64,000 bases of DNA from Vulcanimicrobiota bacterium (GCA_050250895.1 JBFWNU010000006.1:411720-475719); one strand, 5' to 3'. Positions 45,443-55,140 are shown, numbered from the stretch's first letter. Notes: generated by a model not told the origin, from the sequence alone. Numbers and translations: made by a program.

Positions 45443-48045
45443 TGCGCCACTATCTATTTGGCAAGGTGGTCGAGCAGACTCTCGACGCATCGGCCGTGGC
45501 CCGATTGGCGCAGGAAGCCAGCCGGCGGGTGCCCAGCGAGGTATCGGTGCGCGACATCGTCGATCTACTCGACCGAGTCGGTCGGCGCTGGCGGGATCCG
45601 GCCTATCCGGCCAGATCTTTCGTGCTCGAGCATCTGCCGGCCATGGTGGGCTTCTCTGAAGTGATGGTGGCGGCCGGCCTGGATGAATTGGCGCGATTGT
45701 TGTCGCGGCACACGCTCATGACCAAGATCCGAGTGGAACTCGGACGAATGTCGGCCCTGGATGGCTGGGTCTGGAAAGAGGGGTATGAGGGCTACGTTCG
45801 CGCCCTGCCTCTGGGCGTGGTCAGCCATGTCTCGCCGGGCAACGTCTTTCTGGGGGCGGCCGACTCGCTGGTGCACGGTCTTTTGACCAAGAATGCCAAC
45901 CTGCTCAAAGTCGCCAGCCTGGACCCCGTCTTTCCAATCCTGTTCGCCGAGAGCGTGCGCGAGGCCGATGCCGAGGGGCTGCTGGCCGAGAGTTTCTCGG
46001 TGCTAGCTTTCCCCGGGCAGGACGATGCCATCGCGGGCGCCCTCAAAGGCCACTCGGATGGTCTGGTGGTGTGGGGTGGAGCCGAGGCGATCGAAAGTTG
46101 GCGCCGGGACGTGCCCGGTCATTGTCGTTTCATACCGTACGGGCCACGGTTCTCTTTCGCTCTGGCCAGCCACAAGGCATGCGCAGGGCTTTCGGCGCAG
46201 GCCCTGGCCCTGGATGTAGTCATGTGGGAGCAACGAGCCTGCGCTTCGCCGCAAGTGTTGTTCGTGGAAGGCTCTTACTCGGATTGGCGAGATTTTCTCG
46301 AGCAGCTGGGTCAGGAACTCGAGGCCCTCTCGGTGAGCCATCCGGCCGGCGAACTCGAACTCGACCAGAAGATCGAGATCCGGCGGGAGCGCGAGTTGAC
46401 GGCCTATCGCGGGCAGGTGCTCGGGCCCGAACACGACTTCCGCTGGTCGATCCTTTGGCGCCAGTGGGAAGACCACCACGCGTCGGCCCTCAATCGCACC
46501 CTGGTAGTGGTGCCCTACCAACATTTCGAGCAGGTGTTGGAGTGGCTGGCTCCCCACCGTCACCAGTTGCAAAGTGCCGGCCTGGGAGTGACTCCCGGTC
46601 AATGGCGCCGCTATGCATTGCGCTTGTCGGCGGCGGGGGTTACCCGAGTGACGGAGTTTGGCCATATGCACCGAGCCAAACACGGCGCTCCCCACGACGG
46701 CTCGTACCAACTTGACCAGCTGGTCCGCTGGGCCACCATCGAGAAGCTACCCCGGCGCTTTGACGTGACCAAAAAGCTTCGGCCGCCGCCCCCCTCGAAG
46801 ACGCGCAAGTTGGCCGAGCTGGTGAGTTATGCTCGCGCCCATTCCGGCTATTACCACCGTCGCTTGCCCGAGGTGACCATCCAACGCGCCCGCGACATCG
46901 AGCAGTTGCCGTGCCTGGCGGCTCACGATCTCCGCGAGCACACTCCGCCCTTAAGTCAGGATCTGCTCACGGGACCTTTCGAGGGAGCCTATGTGTTCGC
47001 CAGCGGGGGGTCGACCGGCGCGCCCAAGTTTTCCTTGTTCAACTATGAGGAGTGGGAAGACGTCACGGATATTCTCTCGGCCATCTATCAGGTGGCCGGG
47101 GTCGAGCCCGGCGATACCGTGGCCAATCTTTTCATGGCCGGCAATCTGTGGACTTCTTTTCTGGCCGCCAGCGAAGCGCTCGAAAAGCTGGGCTGCGTCA
47201 CCCTGCCCATCGCCGGCAACGTAGAGGTCGACGACTTGATGGGTTACCTCGAACTCTTTCGGCCGACCGTATTGCTGGGGCTTCCCTCGCTCTTGATCCG
47301 GGTGGCCGAAGTGGCCGAGCGCAACGGCCTGGAGCTGAAGGTCCCCCGCATCCTCTATGGGGGAGAGCCGATGACTCGGGAGGCCCGTCGATACCTCGAG
47401 CGAGTGCTGGGCACCACCAGCATCATGTCGGCCGGCTACGCTTCGGTCGACGCCGGGCCCATCGGCTTTCAGACGCCAGACAATGCCGGCAGCGTCCATC
47501 ATCTGGTCTATGACTACCAATTCTTGGAATTTCTCGATCCCGAGACTCAGCTTCCGGTAGCCTCAGGCCAGGTCGGAGAGATCGTGGTCACCTGTCTGAG
47601 GCGGCGATTGATGCCGCTGATCCGTTATCGCACCGGCGACCTCGGGCGCTGGGTCGACGAAGACGGGTGGCTCTTCGAACTCAAGGGGCGCATCGGGGAC
47701 CGTCTCCGGGTGGGCACGGCCGACCTCTACCCCAGCGACGTGGCCCGCACCCTCGACGAGTTTGAAGGATTGGGGCATCTGTTTCAGTTGGTGGTATCCC
47801 AGCGAGGTCCCAAAGACCATCTCTGCTTGCTGGTCGAACACAATCAAGTCAACGAGCCACCGACCACGGTCGCCATCGAGACGGCTCTTCGAGCCCAGGT
47901 GCGCGAACTCGACGAGGCTCTCGCGGCCGGCTGGCTCGAACCCCTCGAGGTCATCATCCTCGCCCCGGGAGGCATTCCCAGAGTCGAGCGAACCGGTAAG
48001 GTGCGGGTGATCGTCGACCAGCGAGCAGGGGAGAAGGCGGTCTAG
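45442..48045 (+). CDS. luxC: LuxC-family acyl-CoA reductase fused to a PaaK/F390-synthetase-like adenylate-forming domain
   Basis: PLGVVSHVSPGNV, VVWGG, GPRFSF, EQRACASPQ, PHDG; then SGGSTGAPK, GGE, GYASVD, PLIRYRTGDLG, RTGK. Confidence 0.88.
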   Translation: MRHYLFGKVVEQTLDASAVARLAQEASRRVPSEVSVRDIVDLLDRVGRRWRDPAYPARSFVLEHLPAMVGFSEVMVAAGLDELARLLSRHTLMTKIRVELGRMSALDGWVWKEGYEGYVRALPLGVVSHVSPGNVFLGAADSLVHGLLTKNANLLKVASLDPVFPILFAESVREADAEGLLAESFSVLAFPGQDDAIAGALKGHSDGLVVWGGAEAIESWRRDVPGHCRFIPYGPRFSFALASHKACAGLSAQALALDVVMWEQRACASPQVLFVEGSYSDWRDFLEQLGQELEALSVSHPAGELELDQKIEIRRERELTAYRGQVLGPEHDFRWSILWRQWEDHHASALNRTLVVVPYQHFEQVLEWLAPHRHQLQSAGLGVTPGQWRRYALRLSAAGVTRVTEFGHMHRAKHGAPHDGSYQLDQLVRWATIEKLPRRFDVTKKLRPPPPSKTRKLAELVSYARAHSGYYHRRLPEVTIQRARDIEQLPCLAAHDLREHTPPLSQDLLTGPFEGAYVFASGGSTGAPKFSLFNYEEWEDVTDILSAIYQVAGVEPGDTVANLFMAGNLWTSFLAASEALEKLGCVTLPIAGNVEVDDLMGYLELFRPTVLLGLPSLLIRVAEVAERNGLELKVPRILYGGEPMTREARRYLERVLGTTSIMSAGYASVDAGPIGFQTPDNAGSVHHLVYDYQFLEFLDPETQLPVASGQVGEIVVTCLRRRLMPLIRYRTGDLGRWVDEDGWLFELKGRIGDRLRVGTADLYPSDVARTLDEFEGLGHLFQLVVSQRGPKDHLCLLVEHNQVNEPPTTVAIETALRAQVRELDEALAAGWLEPLEVIILAPGGIPRVERTGKVRVIVDQRAGEKAV

Positions 48046-48051
48046 CCGGAA

Positions 48052-48068
48052 TTTACAAACTGTTAACA
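48052..48068 (+). promoter_or_regulatory. TTTACA-N5-TTAACA direct repeat
   Basis: 11-bp spacing; extra TTAACA at 48089; -10-like TATAAC at 48115. Confidence 0.5.
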
Positions 48069-48168
48069 AACAAATCTTCTTTCGACCCTTAACATTCGGG
48101 CCAGCCGAGGGAAGTATAACCAACAAGAAAATTCTTGAGTCTCACCAACACCCTGGAGGAATAATACA

Positions 48169-48462
48169 ATGGCGTTAATTATCGGCGGTTTGATTCTCGG
48201 CGGCGCAATGCTTGCTGGACAGCTCTGGAGCGGACACAAAAACCGTGAACTGAGCGAGAAGTTCATGAACCAGCAGAGCGGCAAGAACGAAGACTCGATG
48301 AAGCAGTTCATGGCGATGCAGCAGCAGCAACAGGCGATGTCGATGATGTTTATGCAGCGCTATATGGGGGGTCAGGGTTTTGGTCCTCAGAGCCAGTTCG
48401 GCCCTGCCGGCCCCGGCGTCTACCCTCAGAGCTTCCCGGGTCCCCAGGCCTACTACGGATAA
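48169..48462 (+). CDS. 97-aa small protein: hydrophobic N-terminus, Q/M-rich middle, G/P/Q/F/Y low-complexity tail
   Basis: Strong SD GGAGGA, AT-rich leader, downstream terminator. Confidence 0.8.
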   Translation: MALIIGGLILGGAMLAGQLWSGHKNRELSEKFMNQQSGKNEDSMKQFMAMQQQQQAMSMMFMQRYMGGQGFGPQSQFGPAGPGVYPQSFPGPQAYYG

Positions 48463-48488
48463 ACAGTTCATCCCCACGATTTGACCAG

Positions 48489-48513
48489 AAGGTCGGGCCT
48501 CGCCCGGCCTTTT
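48489..48513 (+). terminator. Intrinsic terminator
   Basis: AAGGTCGGGC-ctc-GCCCGGCCTT followed by TT. Confidence 0.7.
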
Positions 48514-48566
48514 GACGTTCCAGGGTTTATGCTGTCCTTGTTGAAAGTGCCCTGCGGAGGTTGCCA

Positions 48567-49217
48567 ATGCTCTGTATCAAGTGTGGACACGATAGCCCGG
48601 AGGGGTCGAAATACTGCGAGAAGTGCAACGCGGTGTTGCCGCAGCAGGCACCGACCGGTATTCCGGGCGCCGAGTCATCGCTTGACCTGAGCGAACTGGT
48701 AGACTACCCGGTTCCTGAAACCCACTATCGCAGCCCGGTGCTCGAGGCTCTGGCCTGGGCCGTGCAGGCGATCATCGACGGCGAGGGCGACCTCGATCCG
48801 GTCATCGAAAATTACGAGGCCTTCGTCGAGGTTTTCGAACACACTCGAGAAGAACTTCCGATGGCCAAAGAGGTTTTCTATAGTCAGCGGGGTGTGATCG
48901 AGGGCGACCCGTTTCCCACCCAGCTCAACTATTTGATCACCAAAGCCGAGGAGTTTTTCGATGCCGGTCAGGCCAAGATGGAGACCTTCTTCAATAACTT
49001 CGAGAAAGACCAGGCCGAAGCCGAAGAGCTGATCGCGGCAGTGGCTTCGCTGTTGCAATGCAACGACCAGATGTGCATGGCTATCGAGATTCTCAGCGGC
49101 CGGGTCGATGCCTTTAATGAAACCATCAAAGAGTTTCAACACATCATCAAGCTTCAAGGCGGTTCGGCCAAGGAGGAAGTTAGTGTCCCGACCCCGGTCG
49201 ATTCTACAGACCTTTAG
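48567..49217 (+). CDS. Zinc-ribbon protein with an acidic helical domain
   Basis: CIKCG...YCEKC; GGAGG SD. Confidence 0.8.
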   Translation: MLCIKCGHDSPEGSKYCEKCNAVLPQQAPTGIPGAESSLDLSELVDYPVPETHYRSPVLEALAWAVQAIIDGEGDLDPVIENYEAFVEVFEHTREELPMAKEVFYSQRGVIEGDPFPTQLNYLITKAEEFFDAGQAKMETFFNNFEKDQAEAEELIAAVASLLQCNDQMCMAIEILSGRVDAFNETIKEFQHIIKLQGGSAKEEVSVPTPVDSTDL

Positions 49218-50979
49218 TCTCATCGCTGTCTTGTGGCTGTTTCTGGCAGCGCCAACCCTGGCGCTGCCTGTTACTGTCCAGTGGTTGGAGGCTCCTTCCC
49301 GGGCTCGTTTTAGCGTTTACGGCGAGGTCGTCTTCGAGTTGCTCGAGCCCACTCCTCAAGAGGCGGAACGAATCCGCAAACAGCTCGAAACGGGCAGCGA
49401 ATTCAAAGTCACCGCCTCAGGGTCCGATGCTTTGATCTGGGTGTCGGGCCAGCAGCTGGGCTCGATCAGTCCCGGCCAGGCCAATCGTTGGAATACCACC
49501 CCCTACAGCCTGGCGGCTACCTTCGTAGAACGGTTGCGAAAAGCCAGCCAGGGAGCCCCCGCCTTGCGATTCGAACCCGATGGTCTGATCGTGCCGCTAG
49601 ACGAAGGTCGCGAAGCGGTGGTGGTGGGCGCCCCCGGGCCGGCCCCGGAGGTGTCCAACTCCAATCCTGGAGCAGCTTCGGTCGAGTTCGACGGCAAACG
49701 CGTACGCCTCAAGGGTCTGGCTGCCGGTGATGGACGAGTTCGGCTCGATTGGGGCAGCCGAACCCTCGAGCTTCCCTTCAAAGTCAGACCCTGGGCCGGC
49801 CGGTTGCCCCAGACCGTGAAGCTGCGCTTGACCGGTCGGCTCGAGCCCGCCGTCTTCCGTGAAGCCCTCGAGCGCGAGTTGTTGAACGGGCTCTACCCCG
49901 GCGCCAAGCTCTCGGTAGCGGTGCCGGCCAAGCTCGAGGGGGGCAGCTTCGAGTTGGCCGCCAGCGCCGAAGGTCCAGGCTTGTTGCCGGTGTCGGGCAA
50001 GCTCAAGGTCAACCTCGACGTCCAGGAGTTCAATCTAGCCGAGGCCCAGGCGCTGGCTCTTTCTAACCGACCCGAGAAGATTCTTTCCACGGGCTGGCTT
50101 TTCGATCGGGCTTTGCCCACCGGCCCGACCCGAGTGCTGTATCACCATCGCAACGATCCCGGCGGGCCCGAGCGCTATCTCGAGTTGCTGGTCGAAAATC
50201 TCGACGCCAAGCCTAATCGTTTTCACACCGTGATGGCCTCCTACGGCCCTTCCCCCGACGAGATCCATGTGGGCCACACGGCCACTCTGAGGTTTGTCGA
50301 GAGAGTGCTCTCTGACGAAGGTCAAATGTTGAGCCTGGAGGCCGGGCAAACCCGTCTGGTGGACCGGTTGCGCATGAAGCCGGGTCAGACCGTGAGCGGC
50401 ATGGCCTATCTGACCCCCCTGGATGGGGCCAAATTGCGTTTGAAGCTCCGCGTCGTCTCCGAGACCGAGGAGTTCATCGACGACTACGCTCCCACTCCCG
50501 CCAATTCACGCACCGCTCGAGGTCTTTATGCGCCCAGTCTGAGCCAGAACTATTCTCACCTACTCGGGGGTCGCTATACTTATATCACTCTCGGGGACAC
50601 GCCCTTTCTCGAGGACCCCGAGACCGGCGAGGCCTCGCCGGGCAACTTCGGCGCGGTCTATCGCTTGCAGTTGGCCCTCTACAACCCGGCCGACGAGGTT
50701 CGCGAGGCCTGGCTCGAGTTCGTGCCAGGCGGCGGGCCGGCCCGGGGGGTGGTGCTGGTGGACAATCGATTGCTGGATGTGGCCATGGGTAACTCCCGGA
50801 CCCGCATCCCCCTGGCCCGTTGGGAGCTTGAGCCAGGCGAACGCCGCTACGTCAACATCGAGACCATCCCTCAGTCTGGCAGCAATTATCCCGTCAGGCT
50901 GGTGGTGCAATCTCAATTCGAATCGCGAGAGGATCTCGAGGTGGAGGCGCAGGCCGCGCCCCCGCCCTTGATCCCCTAG
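49183..50979 (+). CDS. Exported multidomain hypothetical protein (Ig-like segment)
   Basis: AGGAGG SD before GTG 49183; signal peptide ..AAPTLA; SNSNPGAASV..LKGLAAGDG Ig-like pattern. Confidence 0.7.
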   Translation: MSRPRSILQTFSLIAVLWLFLAAPTLALPVTVQWLEAPSRARFSVYGEVVFELLEPTPQEAERIRKQLETGSEFKVTASGSDALIWVSGQQLGSISPGQANRWNTTPYSLAATFVERLRKASQGAPALRFEPDGLIVPLDEGREAVVVGAPGPAPEVSNSNPGAASVEFDGKRVRLKGLAAGDGRVRLDWGSRTLELPFKVRPWAGRLPQTVKLRLTGRLEPAVFREALERELLNGLYPGAKLSVAVPAKLEGGSFELAASAEGPGLLPVSGKLKVNLDVQEFNLAEAQALALSNRPEKILSTGWLFDRALPTGPTRVLYHHRNDPGGPERYLELLVENLDAKPNRFHTVMASYGPSPDEIHVGHTATLRFVERVLSDEGQMLSLEAGQTRLVDRLRMKPGQTVSGMAYLTPLDGAKLRLKLRVVSETEEFIDDYAPTPANSRTARGLYAPSLSQNYSHLLGGRYTYITLGDTPFLEDPETGEASPGNFGAVYRLQLALYNPADEVREAWLEFVPGGGPARGVVLVDNRLLDVAMGNSRTRIPLARWELEPGERRYVNIETIPQSGSNYPVRLVVQSQFESREDLEVEAQAAPPPLIP

Positions 50980-51009
50980 CGGTTCAGAAGCTATGATGCT
51001 CAAGGAGCC

Positions 51010-51735
51010 GTGAACGACTTGCTGCGATTGCTCATAGATGGAATGTTAAGCCTGGTCCCCGGGCGCGGCCGCAATTCGCTAGTCGAGCGACGCGGACAGA
51101 TTCGGCTAAAGTGTCGATACCCTGTGCTGGTCACCTCGGGTGAGCGCAGTTTTCGCTCCCTGGTCACCGACCTGGGTCCCGCCGGTCTGCGGGTAAAATA
51201 CGTGGGCCGCCTCAAGAAGGGAGCCCCGGTCTCGGTGCAACTGACGGAAGGTGGCGCCGAGGCGGTGGCTTGCAAGACGGTCTGGTGCCGGGCTCGCAGG
51301 CTCTCTTCGGATCGAGTGGCCGGCCTGGCCTTCGCCGACTCACCCGAGCAACTGGCCAGCTCGTGGGTCCACCCCCTGCTCAGTGAACTGGGTTGGACCG
51401 ACTTGAGGCCCCAGCGACGCGAGTGGGTTCGAGTCGCCGCCGACCTGCCCGTCACCCTGGATGGAAAGGGTGAGCGTCGGGCCTTATTGCTCGACCTGGG
51501 GGTGGGAGGCGCCCTGGTCCAGATCGATTTCGAACCCGCCGGAGACTATAACCTGAGGCTCGGCCCGTGGGGCGAGCTTCCAGGACTGCTGCTGCCTTCG
51601 CGGGTGGTCGGCAGCCATCACGACGACCTGGCTCAGGTTCGCTACTGCCGGCTCGCCTTTGCGCCGCTCGATGACGCGGCCGTGCGCGAACTGGGACACT
51701 ACATTCTGAAACTGCTACGGGACTCTTTGCTTTAG
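51010..51735 (+). CDS. Tandem PilZ-domain protein
   Basis: ERRGQIR/DLGPAG and QRREWVR/DLGVGG. Confidence 0.85.
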   Translation: MNDLLRLLIDGMLSLVPGRGRNSLVERRGQIRLKCRYPVLVTSGERSFRSLVTDLGPAGLRVKYVGRLKKGAPVSVQLTEGGAEAVACKTVWCRARRLSSDRVAGLAFADSPEQLASSWVHPLLSELGWTDLRPQRREWVRVAADLPVTLDGKGERRALLLDLGVGGALVQIDFEPAGDYNLRLGPWGELPGLLLPSRVVGSHHDDLAQVRYCRLAFAPLDDAAVRELGHYILKLLRDSLL

Positions 51736-51776
51736 TCACGAGGAATGGCATACCGAGAGCAAAAACTAGGTGCAGC

Positions 51777-52247
51777 GTGACTGACTTCGAACGACGAGAA
51801 TTCAAGACTTCGGATGAGCCGGTGGCCAACGAGATCGCCGAGATTACCGACGCTATGCTCGACGAGATTCTGCTGACTCTCAAGCTCGAGCGAGCGGCTG
51901 TCCTGCTCGAAGACGAGTCCGGCTGGAAGATCGCCAGCACGCACGACCTGCCCAAAGACGGTTTCTGGACCATCGCTCCCATCAGTCTCTCGATTCTCAA
52001 GGACGCCTTCGACAAAGAGCAGCCACTGATGCTGGTCGATGCCGTCGGTAATTCCAACTTCAAAGACGCTACCAGCGTGGTTCTCTCGGGCCTGCGCTCG
52101 GTCATCTGCGTGCCGATCCCCGACAGCTGGGGCCGCATGCGGGGGATGCTCTATGCCGACAACCGGTTGGCCAGCGGCGCCTTTTCCCCCGACGACCTGG
52201 GCACCCTGACGGAATTGGGCAAAGAACTCGGTAGTCGATTGTTCTAG
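51777..52247 (+). CDS. Stand-alone GAF-domain protein
   Basis: LRSVICVPI, GMLYADN, FSPDD. Confidence 0.85.
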   Translation: MTDFERREFKTSDEPVANEIAEITDAMLDEILLTLKLERAAVLLEDESGWKIASTHDLPKDGFWTIAPISLSILKDAFDKEQPLMLVDAVGNSNFKDATSVVLSGLRSVICVPIPDSWGRMRGMLYADNRLASGAFSPDDLGTLTELGKELGSRLF

Positions 52248-52289
52248 GGGATCGGGCTCCGGGGTCGAAGGCGGCTGGCGGAGGCGACT

Positions 52290-52664
52290 GTGGACGAGCA
52301 AGACCGATTGATCCTGAGAAGCCTGGTCCAGATGATGTGGGCCGACGGCGAAGTCAACGAGCGAGAGCGCGACCTGTTAGGCAAGATGCTGGTGGAGCTG
52401 GGCGTAACGGAAGGCGACATCAAAGATGTCGCAGCTATGCTCACCCATCCTGAGTCTCTCGATGTCGAGGCCCTGCGTGGCCGCATTCCCGAGGTGGAAG
52501 AGCGCCTGGCGGTGGTCAAGGCGATGCTGGCCATGGCGATGGCCGACGGCGTGCTAGAGCTATCAGAAACGCGCTTGATGTCGCGCCTTTCCGACGTGCT
52601 CGAGTTGAGCGACCAGCAGATGGAGGAAGCTTGCAGTGATGTTCTGGCTCAACCTGAAACTTAG
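52290..52664 (+). CDS. TerB-family protein
   Basis: MMWADGEVNERE and MAMADGVLELSE. Confidence 0.85.
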   Translation: MDEQDRLILRSLVQMMWADGEVNERERDLLGKMLVELGVTEGDIKDVAAMLTHPESLDVEALRGRIPEVEERLAVVKAMLAMAMADGVLELSETRLMSRLSDVLELSDQQMEEACSDVLAQPET

Positions 52665-53355
52665 TCTGGTGACCGGACTGCTGGTGTTGCTGGCCGGCCT
52701 GGCCCTGGCCCAGCCTTCGGCCCCGACCGGCTTGACGGTGACTCCCAACGAGGAGGTGGCCGGCGTCAACCTGCGTTGGGACCCCGTTCCCGGAGCGGTT
52801 GGTTACGAAGTTCTCCAGTGGCGCAACGGCAAATGGTGGTTCAATGACGAAGACCCCAGCCGGACGCCCCTGACCAGTTCAACCACCATCGGCAATCTCG
52901 AGCCCAATACCGAGTATCGCTTCAGTGTTCGCGCCGTTGGCGGCGAGGGCGAGGCCGGCGCGCTCAGCGAGGCCGTCGAGGCCTCGACCCGTCCGCGCGA
53001 GGTGACGGTGCGCCCCACCCAACCCGACGCGCCGGTTCCTAACGGTTCTACCACCATGGTCGATCCCAAGCTCCCAGCGCCCGACGCTCCCACCGGGCTT
53101 TTTGCCTTCTTCACCTCGCAAGACGAGATCAAGCTGACCTGGCGCGCCTCCCGACTGGCGGACCGTTACTATGTCGAGGAAGAACTCCAGGGCCAGTGGG
53201 CTCCGGTCAAGCCCGAGGTCCAGGTGCGCTCGGCCAACGAGGTCATGATCAAGAATCACCCCACTCCCGGACCCTATCGCTTCCGCGTTCGGGCCGTGGG
53301 CAAGAACGGCAAATCCTCGACCCCCAGCTTCCCGGTCACCGCCCGCAGGGACTAG
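52636..53355 (+). CDS. Exported protein with two fibronectin type III domains
   Basis: Signal peptide; APTGL..LRW..Y..LEPNTEYRFSVRAV; second YRFRVRAV. Confidence 0.88.
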   Translation: MMFWLNLKLSLVTGLLVLLAGLALAQPSAPTGLTVTPNEEVAGVNLRWDPVPGAVGYEVLQWRNGKWWFNDEDPSRTPLTSSTTIGNLEPNTEYRFSVRAVGGEGEAGALSEAVEASTRPREVTVRPTQPDAPVPNGSTTMVDPKLPAPDAPTGLFAFFTSQDEIKLTWRASRLADRYYVEEELQGQWAPVKPEVQVRSANEVMIKNHPTPGPYRFRVRAVGKNGKSSTPSFPVTARRD

Positions 53356-53451
53356 CTTTTCGCGTGGTGCGCAGAGACTAAACCTTGACGTAAGGCCCAC
53401 GCCTCGGCGTCCCGGCGGCCTCGGCGGTTAACCTCGCCGAGCGCCCCAGAG

Positions 53452-53814
53452 CTACTCCTCTTCGCTCATGAGCGCGAGTTCCTCTTCAAAGCGCGCGCGG
53501 CGTTGTTGGCGTTCGCGCTCGATCCGCTTGGACTCGACCTGGTTGATATGATAGCCCGGGGGCAGGGCGTCGAGCAGGGCGCGGAGGTAGTCAAGCGAAT
53601 CGGCCGGAGCCACTTCTTTGACCCGAGCCACCAGTTCGCCATGGGTGTTGGTTTCGTAGTAGACGAAGCCTAGCTCGGCCAGGTCCTGGGGGGTCAGGCC
53701 ACCGGGAAAGTCGCCTTCCACCCGCAGTCGCTTGCCGTCTTCTTCCACAAAGAGCCTGGCCACGCAGCACTCCTGGGCGTCGCAGATGCAAACGACCATC
53801 CCGCCCTCGGTCAC
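53452..53814 (-). CDS. Hypothetical protein
   Basis: GTGA coupling to the upstream PGI-like gene. Confidence 0.7.
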   Translation of the reverse strand: MTEGGMVVCICDAQECCVARLFVEEDGKRLRVEGDFPGGLTPQDLAELGFVYYETNTHGELVARVKEVAPADSLDYLRALLDALPPGYHINQVESKRIERERQQRRARFEEELALMSEEE

Positions 53815-55088
53815 GTCTTGCTCACCTGGTCGAGAATCTGTTCGGCGGAGACTGCCTGCTTGAGATCATCCCAGCCAGGAATCTCGGCCAGGCGTTGGTT
53901 GACAGCGGCTACGGTTTCGAAGAAGCACATCAGCGACCCGATAGAGAAGGCGTCCATGCGAGGAAGCTCGAGCCGAATCAGGGGGTGCTTGGCGCGGACA
54001 CACCGCTCGGCCAGAACCCGACGATACGACTCTTCGAGGGTGCGGATCTTGCTGCCCTTGCAGTCGGCCAGACCGTCATAGTTGCTGTCGGGGCCACCCA
54101 GTTCGGGCTCTTCCGACATTTGAGCGAATTCGACCGAGACCTCGAACTGGTGCCGGTCGACCCCTTCAGGAGCCGGTCCGTTAAGGTACAAACGTTGATG
54201 GGTGGTCCACGAATTGGCGAAGGCGGCGTGGGGGGCCAGGGCTTGCGAGCTAGGACCACACACGTAGCGCCACCACTCGCCCAGCCAGTGCAGTCGCGGG
54301 TCGGGCAGCGTCAGGCATTCGCATTTGCCGTCTCCCCACAGGACCTCTCGGGCCGCCGCAAACTGAAAGCAGTCGTTGTCTTCGATCGGTTGCTTGTCCA
54401 TCGAGCGGGCCAGGGAGCGAGCCCCCTCGAGCACGGCCGTGGGATCGACGCCGATGGTGGCCAGGGGCAGCAAAGTGGCTGCGGTCAGGGCCAGATATTG
54501 GCCTTTGGCGCGTAACGGCAGTTTGAGGTGGCGGTGGCCTTCTAGCTTGGCCAACTCGTGCAGGGCCCGCGAATCTTCGCCCGAGACCAGCACGATGCGG
54601 CGTTGCGACTCAGCCAGACCGTGGCGGCGACGAATGACGTCGGCAATCACCCGCTGGGTCACGGCCAGTTCGATGGAAGGGTCGCCATAGGAGCAGACAA
54701 TGGCGCTCAACTTGGCCCGGCCCACCGTGGCGGCGAATTCTTCCAACACATCCGTGCTGAGATGGTCGCCCAGAAAGATGAGGCGGGGAATCTGCCACCC
54801 CATGACGGGCTGAAAGGCTTCGAGCATGGCTCGGGCGGCCAGGGCGCATCCACCGCTGGCGGCCACAATCAACACATCAGAGTTCGCGCGCAGCTCGTCG
54901 GCTACGGTGACCATGCGCTTGAAGTCGGTCTCGCGCAAAAGAAAGGGAACTTCGAGGCTCGGAAGAGCCTTCTGCTTCTCTTCTAATTTGTGACCGAACG
55001 TCGCCAACTGGGTGGTTAGTGGTCCCAGATCAAGTGGCTCGCCGAGGTGAGTGAGATCTACCGAGACGAGCGAGCGTTTGGCTCCCAT
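53811..55088 (-). CDS. Glucose-6-phosphate isomerase-fold protein with degenerate motifs
   Basis: PGI-like order of segments (SDVLIV..GG, LLPLA..GVD...LEGA, EWW, DAFSIGSLMCFFE), but GIGGS, SKSG, GGRYS and ESxGK are altered. Confidence 0.75.
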   Translation of the reverse strand: MGAKRSLVSVDLTHLGEPLDLGPLTTQLATFGHKLEEKQKALPSLEVPFLLRETDFKRMVTVADELRANSDVLIVAASGGCALAARAMLEAFQPVMGWQIPRLIFLGDHLSTDVLEEFAATVGRAKLSAIVCSYGDPSIELAVTQRVIADVIRRRHGLAESQRRIVLVSGEDSRALHELAKLEGHRHLKLPLRAKGQYLALTAATLLPLATIGVDPTAVLEGARSLARSMDKQPIEDNDCFQFAAAREVLWGDGKCECLTLPDPRLHWLGEWWRYVCGPSSQALAPHAAFANSWTTHQRLYLNGPAPEGVDRHQFEVSVEFAQMSEEPELGGPDSNYDGLADCKGSKIRTLEESYRRVLAERCVRAKHPLIRLELPRMDAFSIGSLMCFFETVAAVNQRLAEIPGWDDLKQAVSAEQILDQVSKT

Positions 55089-55140
55089 GCATGACCTCCG
55101 AGTTGTGGCCGGGTTCGCCGCAGATGGTGATAAACCTGCG

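Noticed and set aside
44288-48045. Bioluminescence operon
   Set aside because: No luxA, luxB, luxD or luxG in the window; LuxC has an extra ligase domain
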